Virus record (IMG/VR): IMGVR_UViG_3300031951_000003
Location: 62,001-126,000 of that record
Length of the DNA stretch: 64,000 nt
Direction: 5' to 3' (one strand)
Both the position numbers and the translations under genes were made by a program. This document shows positions 29,912 through 40,098 of the stretch, piece after piece. Position 1 is the first letter of the stretch. Each line of letters begins with the position of its first letter. A model generated the notes under the pieces. That model searched no databases, was not told the origin of the DNA, and saw nothing but the letters and a program-made list of their open reading frames with translations.

Positions 29912-30961
29912 ATGCAGGCACCAGTAAAAGAAAAATTAGAAATTTCAATCAAAAATTTGGAAGACAAAAAAGCCAGAATTTATTTTTTGGTTCAAGATAC
30001 CAAAAACAACGCTAAAGCTTCTGTTAGATTTATCTATCAAGTTGCAAAAACCCTTTTGGATAATGGATTCAATCCAATCATTTTACATGAAAAGAAAGAT
30101 TACTTAGGTGTAAATTGGATGGGTGAGGAATACATGAAGATTCCTCATAAAACAATTGAAGGTGAGAATTTAGAAATTTCTCCCGAAGACTTTTTGGTAA
30201 TCCCCGAGATATTTGGATACGTTATGGAGCAAGTTAAACAATTGCCATGTGCTAAAATTGTTATAACTCAACAATATGCTCACATGTTAGAAACTCTCAA
30301 TCCAGGTCAATCGTGGTCACAGTTTGGATTTTACAAATGTATAACTACCAATTTCAAACAAAAAGAATATATCGAGAAGGTAATGAGACAATCCTCAATT
30401 GATGTTTTGAAACCTTATATAAATGATAAGTTCCAACCAAAAAATTTACCACCAATGCCGATTATTGGTATTCACACCAAAGAACAATCTGATGCGGTGA
30501 ACATAATCAAAACTTTTTATCTCAGGTTTCCACAATATAGATGGTTTACCTTCCGAGACTTAAGAGGGTTGTCGGAAACAGAATTTGCAAACTCTTTGAA
30601 AGAATGTTTTGTCAGCGTTTGGATTGACGATAAGAGTGGATTTGGAACATTTCCTTTAGAATCCATGAAATGTGGTGTTCCTTGTATTGGCAAAATTCCA
30701 GATTTGATGCCCGATTGGATGAACGAAGACAATGGGATATGGATTACAGACCAAACATTATTCCCTGATGTATTAGCAGATTTTGTTCAAAATTGGTTGG
30801 AGGATAACATCAAACCTGAACTTTACGAACAATTTCAAAAAACAGCAGAAACTTTCTCAAATAAACAAGAGTTTGAAGAGAACGCAGTTGAACTATTTCA
30901 ATCGTATCTAACCACAAGAGCAAACTCATTTAAAGAACAAATGTCAAAAACAGAAAACTAA
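29912..30961 (+). CDS. GT-B (GT4-like) glycosyltransferase
   Basis: DFLVIPEIFG; FVSVWID..SGFGTFPLESMKCGVPCIG C-terminal motif. Confidence 0.75.
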   Translation: MQAPVKEKLEISIKNLEDKKARIYFLVQDTKNNAKASVRFIYQVAKTLLDNGFNPIILHEKKDYLGVNWMGEEYMKIPHKTIEGENLEISPEDFLVIPEIFGYVMEQVKQLPCAKIVITQQYAHMLETLNPGQSWSQFGFYKCITTNFKQKEYIEKVMRQSSIDVLKPYINDKFQPKNLPPMPIIGIHTKEQSDAVNIIKTFYLRFPQYRWFTFRDLRGLSETEFANSLKECFVSVWIDDKSGFGTFPLESMKCGVPCIGKIPDLMPDWMNEDNGIWITDQTLFPDVLADFVQNWLEDNIKPELYEQFQKTAETFSNKQEFEENAVELFQSYLTTRANSFKEQMSKTEN

Positions 30962-30962
30962 T

Positions 30963-31769
30963 ATGGAAAACAAATTTTCAGTATCTGTAATATTACCTAT
31001 CAAATCTTCTAAAGCAAAAGACTTTGAAGAGTATTTTAATAAAGCAATCAATTCAATCAAAAATCAGTCTGTAGAGCTAGAGGAAATTCTAATCGTTCAT
31101 TCAATTGAAGAATCACTTCAAGAATTTTTGAAAAGTTATAATTTCGAAAATCTGAATGTAAAATTATTAGAGTGGAGTCAAAAACCTAATTACTGTTCTC
31201 AAGTCAACTTCGGAATTAAAAATGCGAAAGCAACTTGGATTTCTCTTTTTGAATTTGATGATGAATACTCAAATATTTGGTTCAAAAATGTAAAGAAATA
31301 CGCTGAATCATATCCTGATGTTCAGATGTTCTTACCAGTAGTTGTCGAAGTGGACGAAAAAGGGACCTTCGCTGGTTTCACAAATGAAGCAACGTTTGCG
31401 GCAAACTTTACACAAGAAATGGGATTCTTGACAAATGACACACTTCAAGATTATCAGAACTTCCAAACCGCAGGGTCAGTATTCAAAAAATCTTTGATTG
31501 ATGATTTTGGTGGTTTCAAACCCTCAATCAAACTCACTTTTATTTATGAGTTCCTTTTGAGACTTACGTATAATTCAGTTTCTATTATGACTATACCCAA
31601 ACTTGGTTACAAACACGTTAACCTTAGAGAGGGTTCAATATTTTGGAATTACAAAAATGGTGATTCGAAAATGTTAGAAGATGAAGTTAAGTTTTGGCTA
31701 CAGACAGCCAAGAAAGAATATTTCTTTACTGACGACAGAGTCATAAAATATGAATCACCAAATGCGTAA
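30963..31769 (+). CDS. GT2 family glycosyltransferase
   Basis: VSVILPI, VNFGIKNA and FEFDDEY. Confidence 0.8.
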   Translation: MENKFSVSVILPIKSSKAKDFEEYFNKAINSIKNQSVELEEILIVHSIEESLQEFLKSYNFENLNVKLLEWSQKPNYCSQVNFGIKNAKATWISLFEFDDEYSNIWFKNVKKYAESYPDVQMFLPVVVEVDEKGTFAGFTNEATFAANFTQEMGFLTNDTLQDYQNFQTAGSVFKKSLIDDFGGFKPSIKLTFIYEFLLRLTYNSVSIMTIPKLGYKHVNLREGSIFWNYKNGDSKMLEDEVKFWLQTAKKEYFFTDDRVIKYESPNA

Positions 31770-32515
31770 TGCAAGAAACCCTCTCCGCTTTAACAGAAGA
31801 TATATCATCGAAAAAAAGGGGTAGGAAAGCAGTTAAAGAAAATTATTTTGACGTAAGGGAAGAGACTGCGGTAAGAAACTTTTTGTTAGCCGAATCTTCA
31901 GAAGAAAAAAATAAAATCTATAACGAATTCCTAAGAGCTCCTTTGGATAAGATGATATCATCTATTATCCGAAGATACAAATTGTATCGTAAAGATATGG
32001 ATTTCATTGAAATACACACTGACACTCATTCTTTCCTGATGACAAAGGTGGATAAATTCAAACCCTCTAAAAACAAAAAAGCTTATTCTTATTTCGGCAC
32101 TATTTGTAAGAATTATTTGATGGGTCAAATAATTAAAGACCAAAAAGAGACGAACAGAAAAATATCTTATGAGGATATATCCTCAATGATTGAAGAGCGT
32201 CCAGATATGATTTACACAATTGATGATGACGTTTTGGAAACAGATGTATTGATTGTAGAATATCTCAAAGAATTGAAGGATTTTATTGAGGTAGAAAACT
32301 TGAATGAAAATGAAAAAAAGTTGGGTTATGCACTCATAGACTTGTTTGACAACTACGAAAGTATTTTCTCCGGCGCAGATAACAATAAATTCAATAAAAA
32401 TGTAATCTTATTGTCATTGAGAGAGATGACAAATCTAAGCACCAAAGAAATCAGAAGTTCAATCAAAAGATTCAAAAAGTTATACTTGGTTATTCAACAT
32501 AAATTAAAAAATTAA
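31769..32515 (+). CDS. Sigma-70-like factor, candidate late sigma (gp55 analogue)
   Basis: KFKPSKNKKAYSYFGTICKNYL resembles sigma region 2.3-2.4 (FDP...AFSY...I.N); C-terminal HTH-like segment LREMTNLSTKEIRSSIKRFK. Confidence 0.6.
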   Translation: MQETLSALTEDISSKKRGRKAVKENYFDVREETAVRNFLLAESSEEKNKIYNEFLRAPLDKMISSIIRRYKLYRKDMDFIEIHTDTHSFLMTKVDKFKPSKNKKAYSYFGTICKNYLMGQIIKDQKETNRKISYEDISSMIEERPDMIYTIDDDVLETDVLIVEYLKELKDFIEVENLNENEKKLGYALIDLFDNYESIFSGADNNKFNKNVILLSLREMTNLSTKEIRSSIKRFKKLYLVIQHKLKN

Positions 32516-32534
32516 TGAAAAAGTATTTATTGAT

Positions 32535-32900
32535 ATGCCAAGACCACAAAGAAAAGAAATTAATTTCACTAAGGACTCCATCCTTGCCTTGATGCAAGAG
32601 ATATACAACGAACTTGTAGAACAAAGACAAACCGCTATTCGTATCCAAAATAAAATGTTGTCAATGTTAAAGGACCCTGAAGACATGACAACCATAGGTC
32701 CCGTTATAGAGAAACAACAAAAAATTGTAAACGATTGTGTTGAGAAAAAAATAAGTCTTTCGAAACTACAGTCTAGTATTTGGGAAAAATCCAATAATTC
32801 ACAGGAAAGCTTCTCAATGGCTGATTTGGATGACGACCTACTTCAAAATCTCATTGAAAAGGATGTTTCTAATGACGAGGGAACATACAAAATGAGATAA
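32535..32900 (+). CDS. Hypothetical helical protein (121 aa)
   Basis: TATTTATT at 32524-32531 upstream. Confidence 0.7.
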   Translation: MPRPQRKEINFTKDSILALMQEIYNELVEQRQTAIRIQNKMLSMLKDPEDMTTIGPVIEKQQKIVNDCVEKKISLSKLQSSIWEKSNNSQESFSMADLDDDLLQNLIEKDVSNDEGTYKMR

Positions 32901-32901
32901 G

Positions 32902-35013
32902 ATGCAAGCTAACAATGTCATAGATTTAACAAGTGGGGAACAAAGAGTAAACTCAAGAATAAGCGCTCTCAAGGCCGCGGTGGAAACTCTTAAAGCTGAA
33001 AAAGATTTATCAAAGTCAGTTGCGAACTCATTTGCCGAATCAAAAAATTTTACAACAAGTCAACTCGATAAAGTAAAAGATTTACAAAAAAGGTATCAAA
33101 GAAATCCCCCTAATTCGTTAGACCAATTAATAGGATACATCTTTCAAACTAAAGGACAAGGTTCTGAAACATTAAAATATCTAAGAAAAAAACTTTTAGA
33201 GGTAGCTACTACCTTAGAGCCAAAAGCCGCCGCAATTCTCAAAGAAGAATCTATAAAAGCTTTAGGTTGTTCACAAGAACAAACCTATAAAGGTGTATCA
33301 CCTTCTTTACTTCAACTTCAACCACTCTCAACAATTCCTCAGGGACCTAATGATGGATTCCTTTACATACCCGTGCAATCAATCGATTTTTTAGAAAATT
33401 TAAAAAATGCACCCGATACTAAGATAGGAAAAGTTTATTACGAAAAACCAGAGCCATCCGCTGACCCAAAATTTAAACCATTTGGTGGGATTGATTATTA
33501 TCCAATGAATAAACAACTCTATCAACTCATGGAACCTTCAAATAGTGGTAGAAGTTTATCTCAAATCTTGGGAAAAAATTACCAAGGAAAATCAGGACAG
33601 AATTTATTTGATGTTCAATATACCACAACAAATGGATTGGGTATTACTGGTAACTTTTATCGTGTTGCGTTAATTGATAGGGAAAATAATGCTGGGTTAA
33701 CCTCTAACAAGGTTGGTGAATTTATCTCGGACTACTATAGCACAATAACCATAAATGACCCAGTGGATATTGGTGCACAGCTTGTTAACATAATTTCAGG
33801 TGCAATTGATATTGAAGCCAAAACAGGGTCAGGGCAAATCGATAATCAATCAAGATATGGAATCATATTACAGAGGATTTTGGGATTATGTTTTGATAAC
33901 AGAAGGGAGATTGATGTCAGTGGAATTGCAAAGATAGCCGAATTAGATGGGGTTGATGAAAGCTTTTTTGAATTCAATGAGATTGATTTAAGAAATATTG
34001 ATATACAAATTTCAAACATCAAAAATGGTGTGATGGAATTTGAAGACTGTGATAATATCAAACTCCCAGTAGACGCTACAAATTTAGTTGACCAATTAAT
34101 TGCTTTTAGGGATTTAACTGGTGCCACAGTAGAAGAAAAAGTTGGTGTTTTGGAACAAATTCTAGATTCAATAGTAGAAAATCCTGAATGGAAAGTTTAT
34201 GGAATCAATAATTTGAATTTGGATGTTTCTGTGAACAACAAAATTCTGAAAACTTTGCCATTAGCGGTTGTGGCAAATATTCTATCGCCAAAGGTTCTTT
34301 TACCAATATTCTCTGTGATGGCCATAACACAATCGGCTGCAACATTTACCTATAACCAAGCAGTTACAAGTGCCAACACTTACATAAATTCCGCGAATAC
34401 AATAATCAATTCAGGAAACACCATGGCTACTGAAATTGGTCGAGAGGGTAGTAACATCATCACAAGTGGAACTGATTTTACAAAAAAATGGAAACAATTT
34501 ATGATTTCCATGGTCACCAAAATCAATGCTGAATTTCTGAAAACACTTTATGATATTTTGAAAAGGGACATATTGAATTTAATTAGTATCATAATAAAAG
34601 ATGTCGAAAATTCCAAAAGATTAAAAAACTATGCAATCATACTTAGATTAATTGAACTTGTATTAATAGTATCTCAATTAGTAAATGATTTTGCAAGGTG
34701 TAAAGATTTGACAAAAAATATTTTATTACTATTGAACTCAATCAATGGAATTTCTAATAATGCAATCCCTTTGGCATTGTTACCCGCAGCAGCAATATTA
34801 CCAGGTTTTTCACCTCAAAGAGCAAACATTAACTTTTTGGAAAAATTACAGGCCTTGGGAATACCCACAGGTGTATTACCCGATGGCTCCCCCAATTTAA
34901 TGAATTTGTATAATTTACTAACCAATAGAGCAATTGACGAGGAAAGAGCAGCAAACGAAAAAGTGGAAATCGTATTAACAAGCCCAATTAGTGGAGTCGG
35001 AAAAGCAATATAA
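32902..35013 (+). CDS. Hypothetical protein, probable tail/baseplate component (703 aa)
   Basis: Long ORF in a late-type operon next to the gp5-like gene. Confidence 0.6.
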   Translation: MQANNVIDLTSGEQRVNSRISALKAAVETLKAEKDLSKSVANSFAESKNFTTSQLDKVKDLQKRYQRNPPNSLDQLIGYIFQTKGQGSETLKYLRKKLLEVATTLEPKAAAILKEESIKALGCSQEQTYKGVSPSLLQLQPLSTIPQGPNDGFLYIPVQSIDFLENLKNAPDTKIGKVYYEKPEPSADPKFKPFGGIDYYPMNKQLYQLMEPSNSGRSLSQILGKNYQGKSGQNLFDVQYTTTNGLGITGNFYRVALIDRENNAGLTSNKVGEFISDYYSTITINDPVDIGAQLVNIISGAIDIEAKTGSGQIDNQSRYGIILQRILGLCFDNRREIDVSGIAKIAELDGVDESFFEFNEIDLRNIDIQISNIKNGVMEFEDCDNIKLPVDATNLVDQLIAFRDLTGATVEEKVGVLEQILDSIVENPEWKVYGINNLNLDVSVNNKILKTLPLAVVANILSPKVLLPIFSVMAITQSAATFTYNQAVTSANTYINSANTIINSGNTMATEIGREGSNIITSGTDFTKKWKQFMISMVTKINAEFLKTLYDILKRDILNLISIIIKDVENSKRLKNYAIILRLIELVLIVSQLVNDFARCKDLTKNILLLLNSINGISNNAIPLALLPAAAILPGFSPQRANINFLEKLQALGIPTGVLPDGSPNLMNLYNLLTNRAIDEERAANEKVEIVLTSPISGVGKAI

Positions 35014-35016
35014 TTT

Positions 35017-35226
35017 ATGACAAAAGAACAACTTGACGAAATTGTAAAAGAACAACCAAATCTGAATAATTTACCAAACAACTTATTGGTCAAATACATG
35101 GATTTATTGACAGATGATTTCGAATCAACAAAGAAAAATATTATCGCAGGGACGATTTATTTAGATAAAGTTGAAATGTTATATAATAATATTTTGAAAA
35201 TTTACAACGATAGAGGAAATGGATAA
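35017..35226 (+). CDS. Small hypothetical protein
   Basis: Coupled ORF between two long genes. Confidence 0.55.
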   Translation: MTKEQLDEIVKEQPNLNNLPNNLLVKYMDLLTDDFESTKKNIIAGTIYLDKVEMLYNNILKIYNDRGNG

Positions 35227-36751
35227 CAATTCAATTTTTTTTCAGGTAAGAGTTATCGATAACAATGACCCAATGATGCTCGGTAGAATTAGAGGGTGTC
35301 TCGAAATTGATAACGTTGAGGACATTTTAAGAGCAGTGTCGGACCCACCGTGGAATCCAGAGAAAGACCCTTGGACATCCCGTGACCCATTGGTATTTAA
35401 TCCGCTCCTACCATACTTCTTATACCAAGTCCCCAAAAACGAGGAAATGGTTCAGGTTATATATTTGAACAAAGATTTCAAATATCAGAACCAATATTAT
35501 GTTCAAAACACATATTTTAGCCCAACTTCAACATTCAATCAATTCCAATTTGGCGCAAATAAATTTACAGGAACGGGTATGCAAATCAAAAGCCCAAAAC
35601 CTTTAAAAAACCAAGATGGAACTTATTCTGATAAGGCAATACATAAAGGTGTTTTTCCTGAACCTGGTGATAATGCTTTATTGGGTAGGGGTAGTGCTGA
35701 CGTAGTCATCAAACAGGACGACGTTTTATTAAGAGCGGGTAAATTCAAAGGGGAAACTTTACAACCTAATGTTGTCCCCGTCAATAATCCCCAAAGGAGT
35801 TTTCTTCAACTTTCAAGATTTCAATACATTAAAAGAAATCAGCCAGATAGAACGTTTTATCAGTTACAAGAAAATGTAGTTTTGGTAAAATATCTTATAG
35901 AATGGGTTCTCAACAATCCCGAAAATTCCCAAGACAAATTCAATGGTTCGGTTTTTCTTTATCAGTTGAAACCTGACGCAACCGTAAACTCTAAAAACTT
36001 AAAAGTTGATAGTGTAGTTAAGGAAAATCTTAAATTCTTGGTGACGAAACAAAGTTTCACAATGTTGTCAAAAGAGGATGCCATCAAATATATAAATAAT
36101 TTTATCAGGGACTGTAACAGTTCAGATAGAACCGTAGGTGGTAGAGTTGTTTTTCCGAATAACAACGCTGCCGAAAAGTTCCCAATATTTTATAGACCAA
36201 GTCGATTGATGAGTGAAAAACTAAATCTTACGACCCCGTCAGGTGTTAATGCAACATCAATTGAGGTCAAGAACATTTCGGATGTTTATAATAACATAAA
36301 ATTATTATCAGGAATAAAAGGTGGTTATGGTCTCATATATGCAAAAAATAAAGTTGGTGAACCTCAAACAATTAAAAAACTTAAAGTTCCTGACGTAAAA
36401 TATATAAACCAACAAAATACAGTTGGGGCTCTAGGTGGTGACAAATTATTCTTACTATCACATAATTCTCAAATTCCAGGTAAAGGAAAAATAAATTTTG
36501 ACAATACCTTGTATGGTATCGGTCCTGAAGAATTTGCAAACATAGAATCTAAAACATCTAGCACCGTTAGAGGTGAAGAGTTATTGGAACTTATAAATTT
36601 GATTGTAAGATATCTTATTACACACACTCACGCTTATCCTGGATTACCACCAATACCTGTGACAGAAGACGGTTCTACGTCTCAAGAAATACTTACTGAA
36701 CTACAAAATGCGGTAAACAAAATTCTGAACTCCAATATCCGAATTAATTGA
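35219..36751 (+). CDS. gp5-like baseplate hub/spike protein
   Basis: N-terminal FQVRVIDNNDPMMLGRIR matches the gp5/VgrG OB-fold start; C-terminal THTH resembles the HxH spike-apex motif. Confidence 0.65.
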   Translation: MDNNSIFFQVRVIDNNDPMMLGRIRGCLEIDNVEDILRAVSDPPWNPEKDPWTSRDPLVFNPLLPYFLYQVPKNEEMVQVIYLNKDFKYQNQYYVQNTYFSPTSTFNQFQFGANKFTGTGMQIKSPKPLKNQDGTYSDKAIHKGVFPEPGDNALLGRGSADVVIKQDDVLLRAGKFKGETLQPNVVPVNNPQRSFLQLSRFQYIKRNQPDRTFYQLQENVVLVKYLIEWVLNNPENSQDKFNGSVFLYQLKPDATVNSKNLKVDSVVKENLKFLVTKQSFTMLSKEDAIKYINNFIRDCNSSDRTVGGRVVFPNNNAAEKFPIFYRPSRLMSEKLNLTTPSGVNATSIEVKNISDVYNNIKLLSGIKGGYGLIYAKNKVGEPQTIKKLKVPDVKYINQQNTVGALGGDKLFLLSHNSQIPGKGKINFDNTLYGIGPEEFANIESKTSSTVRGEELLELINLIVRYLITHTHAYPGLPPIPVTEDGSTSQEILTELQNAVNKILNSNIRIN

Positions 36752-36770
36752 TATTTATAAAAAAAAGTGA

Positions 36771-38279
36771 ATGTCAATTTTAAGGTCATATTTCAGTAAA
36801 AATAACACAATTATTTCCAATTCATACGTGAACACAGGACGTAACCCTGTTGTTCAATTGAATTTTGGTGCGTCGGATTACATAGTTCCAAACTATGGAT
36901 ATACACGTTTCATTTTTGATTTAGACCTACAACAACTAAGAGATTCGATTGCAAACGGAACAATTTCGACAGGATGCACATCGGCGATGACACATACACT
37001 TAAGATGACAAACACGTCTTCTTTTGACAACGAGTTACTCAACACCTTTATGTCCGACTCAAGGAGAAGGGCGACCTCATTCGATTTAATATTATTCAGA
37101 ATCCCCAAAACCTCAGGCTCAACAGGTAACCCTCAAGAATGGGATGAAGGGGTTGGATACGATTATAACAATTTTAATTTAGCACAGAACAGTGCACAAG
37201 GTGGTCAATCCCCTTTGACATACGTTGACCCAAGAGCCTTTTCTACAAGACCATCCAATTGGTATCAGACTACCACAATTGATGATTGGTCACAAGCAGG
37301 AATTTACAATAACAAGAATGAGGGCAGTGTTAATTATACGGGTCTTACAGTCGTTTCTAGACAACATTTCGAGTTGGGTAATGAAGACCTCAACATGGAC
37401 ATGACAAACGAAATTAACGGTGTTTTAAACGGTTCTATAACGGGTGTAACAGGTTGGGGTTTAGCATATCTTCCTCAGATTGAAAATATAACAGGTTTGA
37501 CCGATAGTTACAGTGTTGCATTCTTCTCGAGACATACCCAAACTTTCTACCAACCATACCTTTTGACCAATTACGACGATTTGATTCAGGATGATAGAAA
37601 CCAATTTCTGAAGAACCAAGAGAATAGATTATATCTCTACATTTATCAGAATGGTGATTTGGTTAATCTTGATAGTGACCCGTTTGTGAGAATAGAAGAT
37701 AGAGTTGGTGTTGCTGTAACTGGTATGGAGGCATTGACAACTTGTTTAAGAACTAAAGGGGTTTATGAAGTAATTGTTCCGAATGGTTTTACAGGTGCTA
37801 CCCCATGTCAATACTACGATGTTTGGTCAGGATTAACAATTAATGGTCAATCACTTCCAAACGTATCGAATACCTTCACTCTTCAACAATATTCTGCAGG
37901 AATACAAATCGGAACTCTATCCAAAGAACCTCAAAAGTTTGGTTTCAATTTTTACGGGATTCTACAGAACGAACAAATTTTGAATACAGACATTAGAAAG
38001 GTTGGTGTCACAATTAAAAAAGCATACACCGGTCAACAAATGTTATTAGATGTATCAGCATTTTACAGGGTTTATGTCAAAGAAGGAACAACAGAAGTAT
38101 TAGTTCAAGATTGGACACCAATAAACAGAACGCCAAATGAGTATTATTTCATTTTCGATATGAGAGATAAAATTCCTAATCAATATTATGTTGACATTCA
38201 AGTTAACACTTCAGGTGAGAAAGATACTTATAAAAGACAATTAACGTTTAACATAGTAAATCAGAAACAAAATGGCTAA
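36771..38279 (+). CDS. Putative virion structural protein (502 aa)
   Basis: TATTTATA at 36752-36759; beta-rich; YTRFIFDLD motif. Confidence 0.6.
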   Translation: MSILRSYFSKNNTIISNSYVNTGRNPVVQLNFGASDYIVPNYGYTRFIFDLDLQQLRDSIANGTISTGCTSAMTHTLKMTNTSSFDNELLNTFMSDSRRRATSFDLILFRIPKTSGSTGNPQEWDEGVGYDYNNFNLAQNSAQGGQSPLTYVDPRAFSTRPSNWYQTTTIDDWSQAGIYNNKNEGSVNYTGLTVVSRQHFELGNEDLNMDMTNEINGVLNGSITGVTGWGLAYLPQIENITGLTDSYSVAFFSRHTQTFYQPYLLTNYDDLIQDDRNQFLKNQENRLYLYIYQNGDLVNLDSDPFVRIEDRVGVAVTGMEALTTCLRTKGVYEVIVPNGFTGATPCQYYDVWSGLTINGQSLPNVSNTFTLQQYSAGIQIGTLSKEPQKFGFNFYGILQNEQILNTDIRKVGVTIKKAYTGQQMLLDVSAFYRVYVKEGTTEVLVQDWTPINRTPNEYYFIFDMRDKIPNQYYVDIQVNTSGEKDTYKRQLTFNIVNQKQNG

Positions 38280-38742
38280 AGTTGTAAAATTAACCGAATC
38301 AGATATAACCAAGTTGGTTAACAAAGTTCTCAATGAATCATACCAAGAGCATGAAAATTACATGTTTTTTTCTAACCTCAAACAGATTATGAGACAATGT
38401 AAAATGTTGTTGGAGTTTGACCCACAGATGATAGATGAAATTTTACAAAACGGTCACGACTGGGCCGATGACCACGTTACTGAGGCTAAAACCAACATGG
38501 ACCAAGTTTTTGATTTTTTCATGAATGAAAAATCTAAAATGGGAGATTATTTAGATTTCGAAGATTTGAGTGAAGGTAGAAAAAAAACAGGAACTAAACT
38601 TTGTGCAAGAGGTAAGGCAGCGGCTAAGAGTAAATTCAAAGTTTACCCATCAGCTTATGCAAATGGATATGCCGTTCAGGTTTGTAAAGGAAAAATGCCA
38701 GGTTTAGATGGAAAAAAACAATGTTCAGGTGCATATTGTTAA
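38272..38742 (+). CDS. Hypothetical multi-module protein with an LTESD leader and a YPSAYANG module
   Basis: MAKVVKLTESDITKLVNKVLNE leader, HDWADDH segment and KFKVYPSAYANGYAVQVCK C-terminus. Confidence 0.65.
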   Translation: MAKVVKLTESDITKLVNKVLNESYQEHENYMFFSNLKQIMRQCKMLLEFDPQMIDEILQNGHDWADDHVTEAKTNMDQVFDFFMNEKSKMGDYLDFEDLSEGRKKTGTKLCARGKAAAKSKFKVYPSAYANGYAVQVCKGKMPGLDGKKQCSGAYC

Positions 38743-38769
38743 TTTGATTATTATTTTTATCTTTGATTA

Positions 38770-39180
38770 ATGGATAACAAAGTTGTTGGTTTCATCCCGA
38801 ATATATTATATAAGGTTTTTTTAGCACTCAAGGAAAAGTTCGACCCCAAAAAACCGTTGCCGGCTGACGAAAGAATCACCTACGAAATATGTAGAAAGGT
38901 CCTTGACGACTCAGATTCAAAATTAACTTTAGCCCCATTATCTAATAAAAGATTTATAAAAAACGAGTCCAAGGATATGTTTATTGTTTTACATGACCAT
39001 AGTGTAAAACTAATAAATCATATATACAGTTATTCCGTGTATATCTCAGACACAAGTCTTTACGTAGAGTTAGTCGAAAAATTTGACAAGAAATTGGATG
39101 ATGAAAGAATGAAACTTGAGATTGAAATCAATAATAATATCAATCATTCTTTAGAGGAAATTTTAAAAAAACTTGATTAG
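38770..39180 (+). CDS. Hypothetical protein (136 aa)
   Basis: TATCTTTG (Bacteroidota -7 type) at 38758-38765, directly upstream. Confidence 0.65.
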   Translation: MDNKVVGFIPNILYKVFLALKEKFDPKKPLPADERITYEICRKVLDDSDSKLTLAPLSNKRFIKNESKDMFIVLHDHSVKLINHIYSYSVYISDTSLYVELVEKFDKKLDDERMKLEIEINNNINHSLEEILKKLD

Positions 39181-40070
39181 TATCTCCCACTAAAATATAC
39201 GTATAATACCTCAGGTATTCTGAAACAACTTTTCTTTTCACCTTTATTGTTTACACAATCTATTGGTTTTAGATTTTTTACAAGTTTTCTCAGTTCATAT
39301 GGGGCTTTACTTGTCATTAGGTAAACCTGTTCAACAGGATATAACAAATTGGGACTATATTCTTCTTTTAAAACCCTCTTAATTAATCCCCTCAAAGATT
39401 CATTTTTTGGTTTATATGAAGTCATTGTTGGTTTGTTACCTGTTCCCATTTTAGGGTCTTTTTTCTCAGCTTTCCTTTTTTGAGCACATGCATTCTTTTT
39501 TTGAGAGTCACTCATTTTTGAAGCAACACCTGCCGCTCTACATTTTGGATATCCCTTACTATCTGCCTCGGGTCTTCCACACGGAGGATGTCCCCCACCT
39601 TCTTTTTTTCTACATATATTTACCCAAGGTCCTTTGGGTTGTTTACTACCTTTTGGTTTCTTTTTTGTCCCAAACCATACCGCTAAATCCTCTTTTAAAA
39701 CTGGTTCATATTCAGTTTTTGGTATATGTGCAATTCTTTTTACTTCTTTGGGTGTTCCAAGGGCATCACTTCCCATGGGTGAATACCCATTTATTGGATT
39801 TCCGTCATCATCGCTTTGTGAAAACATTTCTTTTGCTTTTTTAGCTCTTTTTATTGCCTTCGTTTCGTTTTTTCTTATTAACGTTTGGTCCCTTTCCATT
39901 TCACCATCATAACTATCGTAAGCATTCACCGCACTAACAAAGTTCGATACTGGTTTCGTGAAAGGTTCCAAGGGCTCTTTTTCCCATATTTGGGGTGCAA
40001 GAACTAATGGTATTTTCATTCTACCTGAACTACCTGAACCAGTGGCTTCATTAATGAATCTTTTTTTCAT
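39177..40070 (-). CDS. Hypothetical protein with an EDLAVWFG...YPKC module (likely start MKKRF at 40070)
   Basis: TATTTATA at 40082-40089 (minus) supports the later ATG. Confidence 0.65.
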   Translation of the reverse strand: MKKRFINEATGSGSSGRMKIPLVLAPQIWEKEPLEPFTKPVSNFVSAVNAYDSYDGEMERDQTLIRKNETKAIKRAKKAKEMFSQSDDDGNPINGYSPMGSDALGTPKEVKRIAHIPKTEYEPVLKEDLAVWFGTKKKPKGSKQPKGPWVNICRKKEGGGHPPCGRPEADSKGYPKCRAAGVASKMSDSQKKNACAQKRKAEKKDPKMGTGNKPTMTSYKPKNESLRGLIKRVLKEEYSPNLLYPVEQVYLMTSKAPYELRKLVKNLKPIDCVNNKGEKKSCFRIPEVLYVYFSGRY

Positions 40071-40098
40071 ATATTTCTTAATATAAATATCCTGTAAA

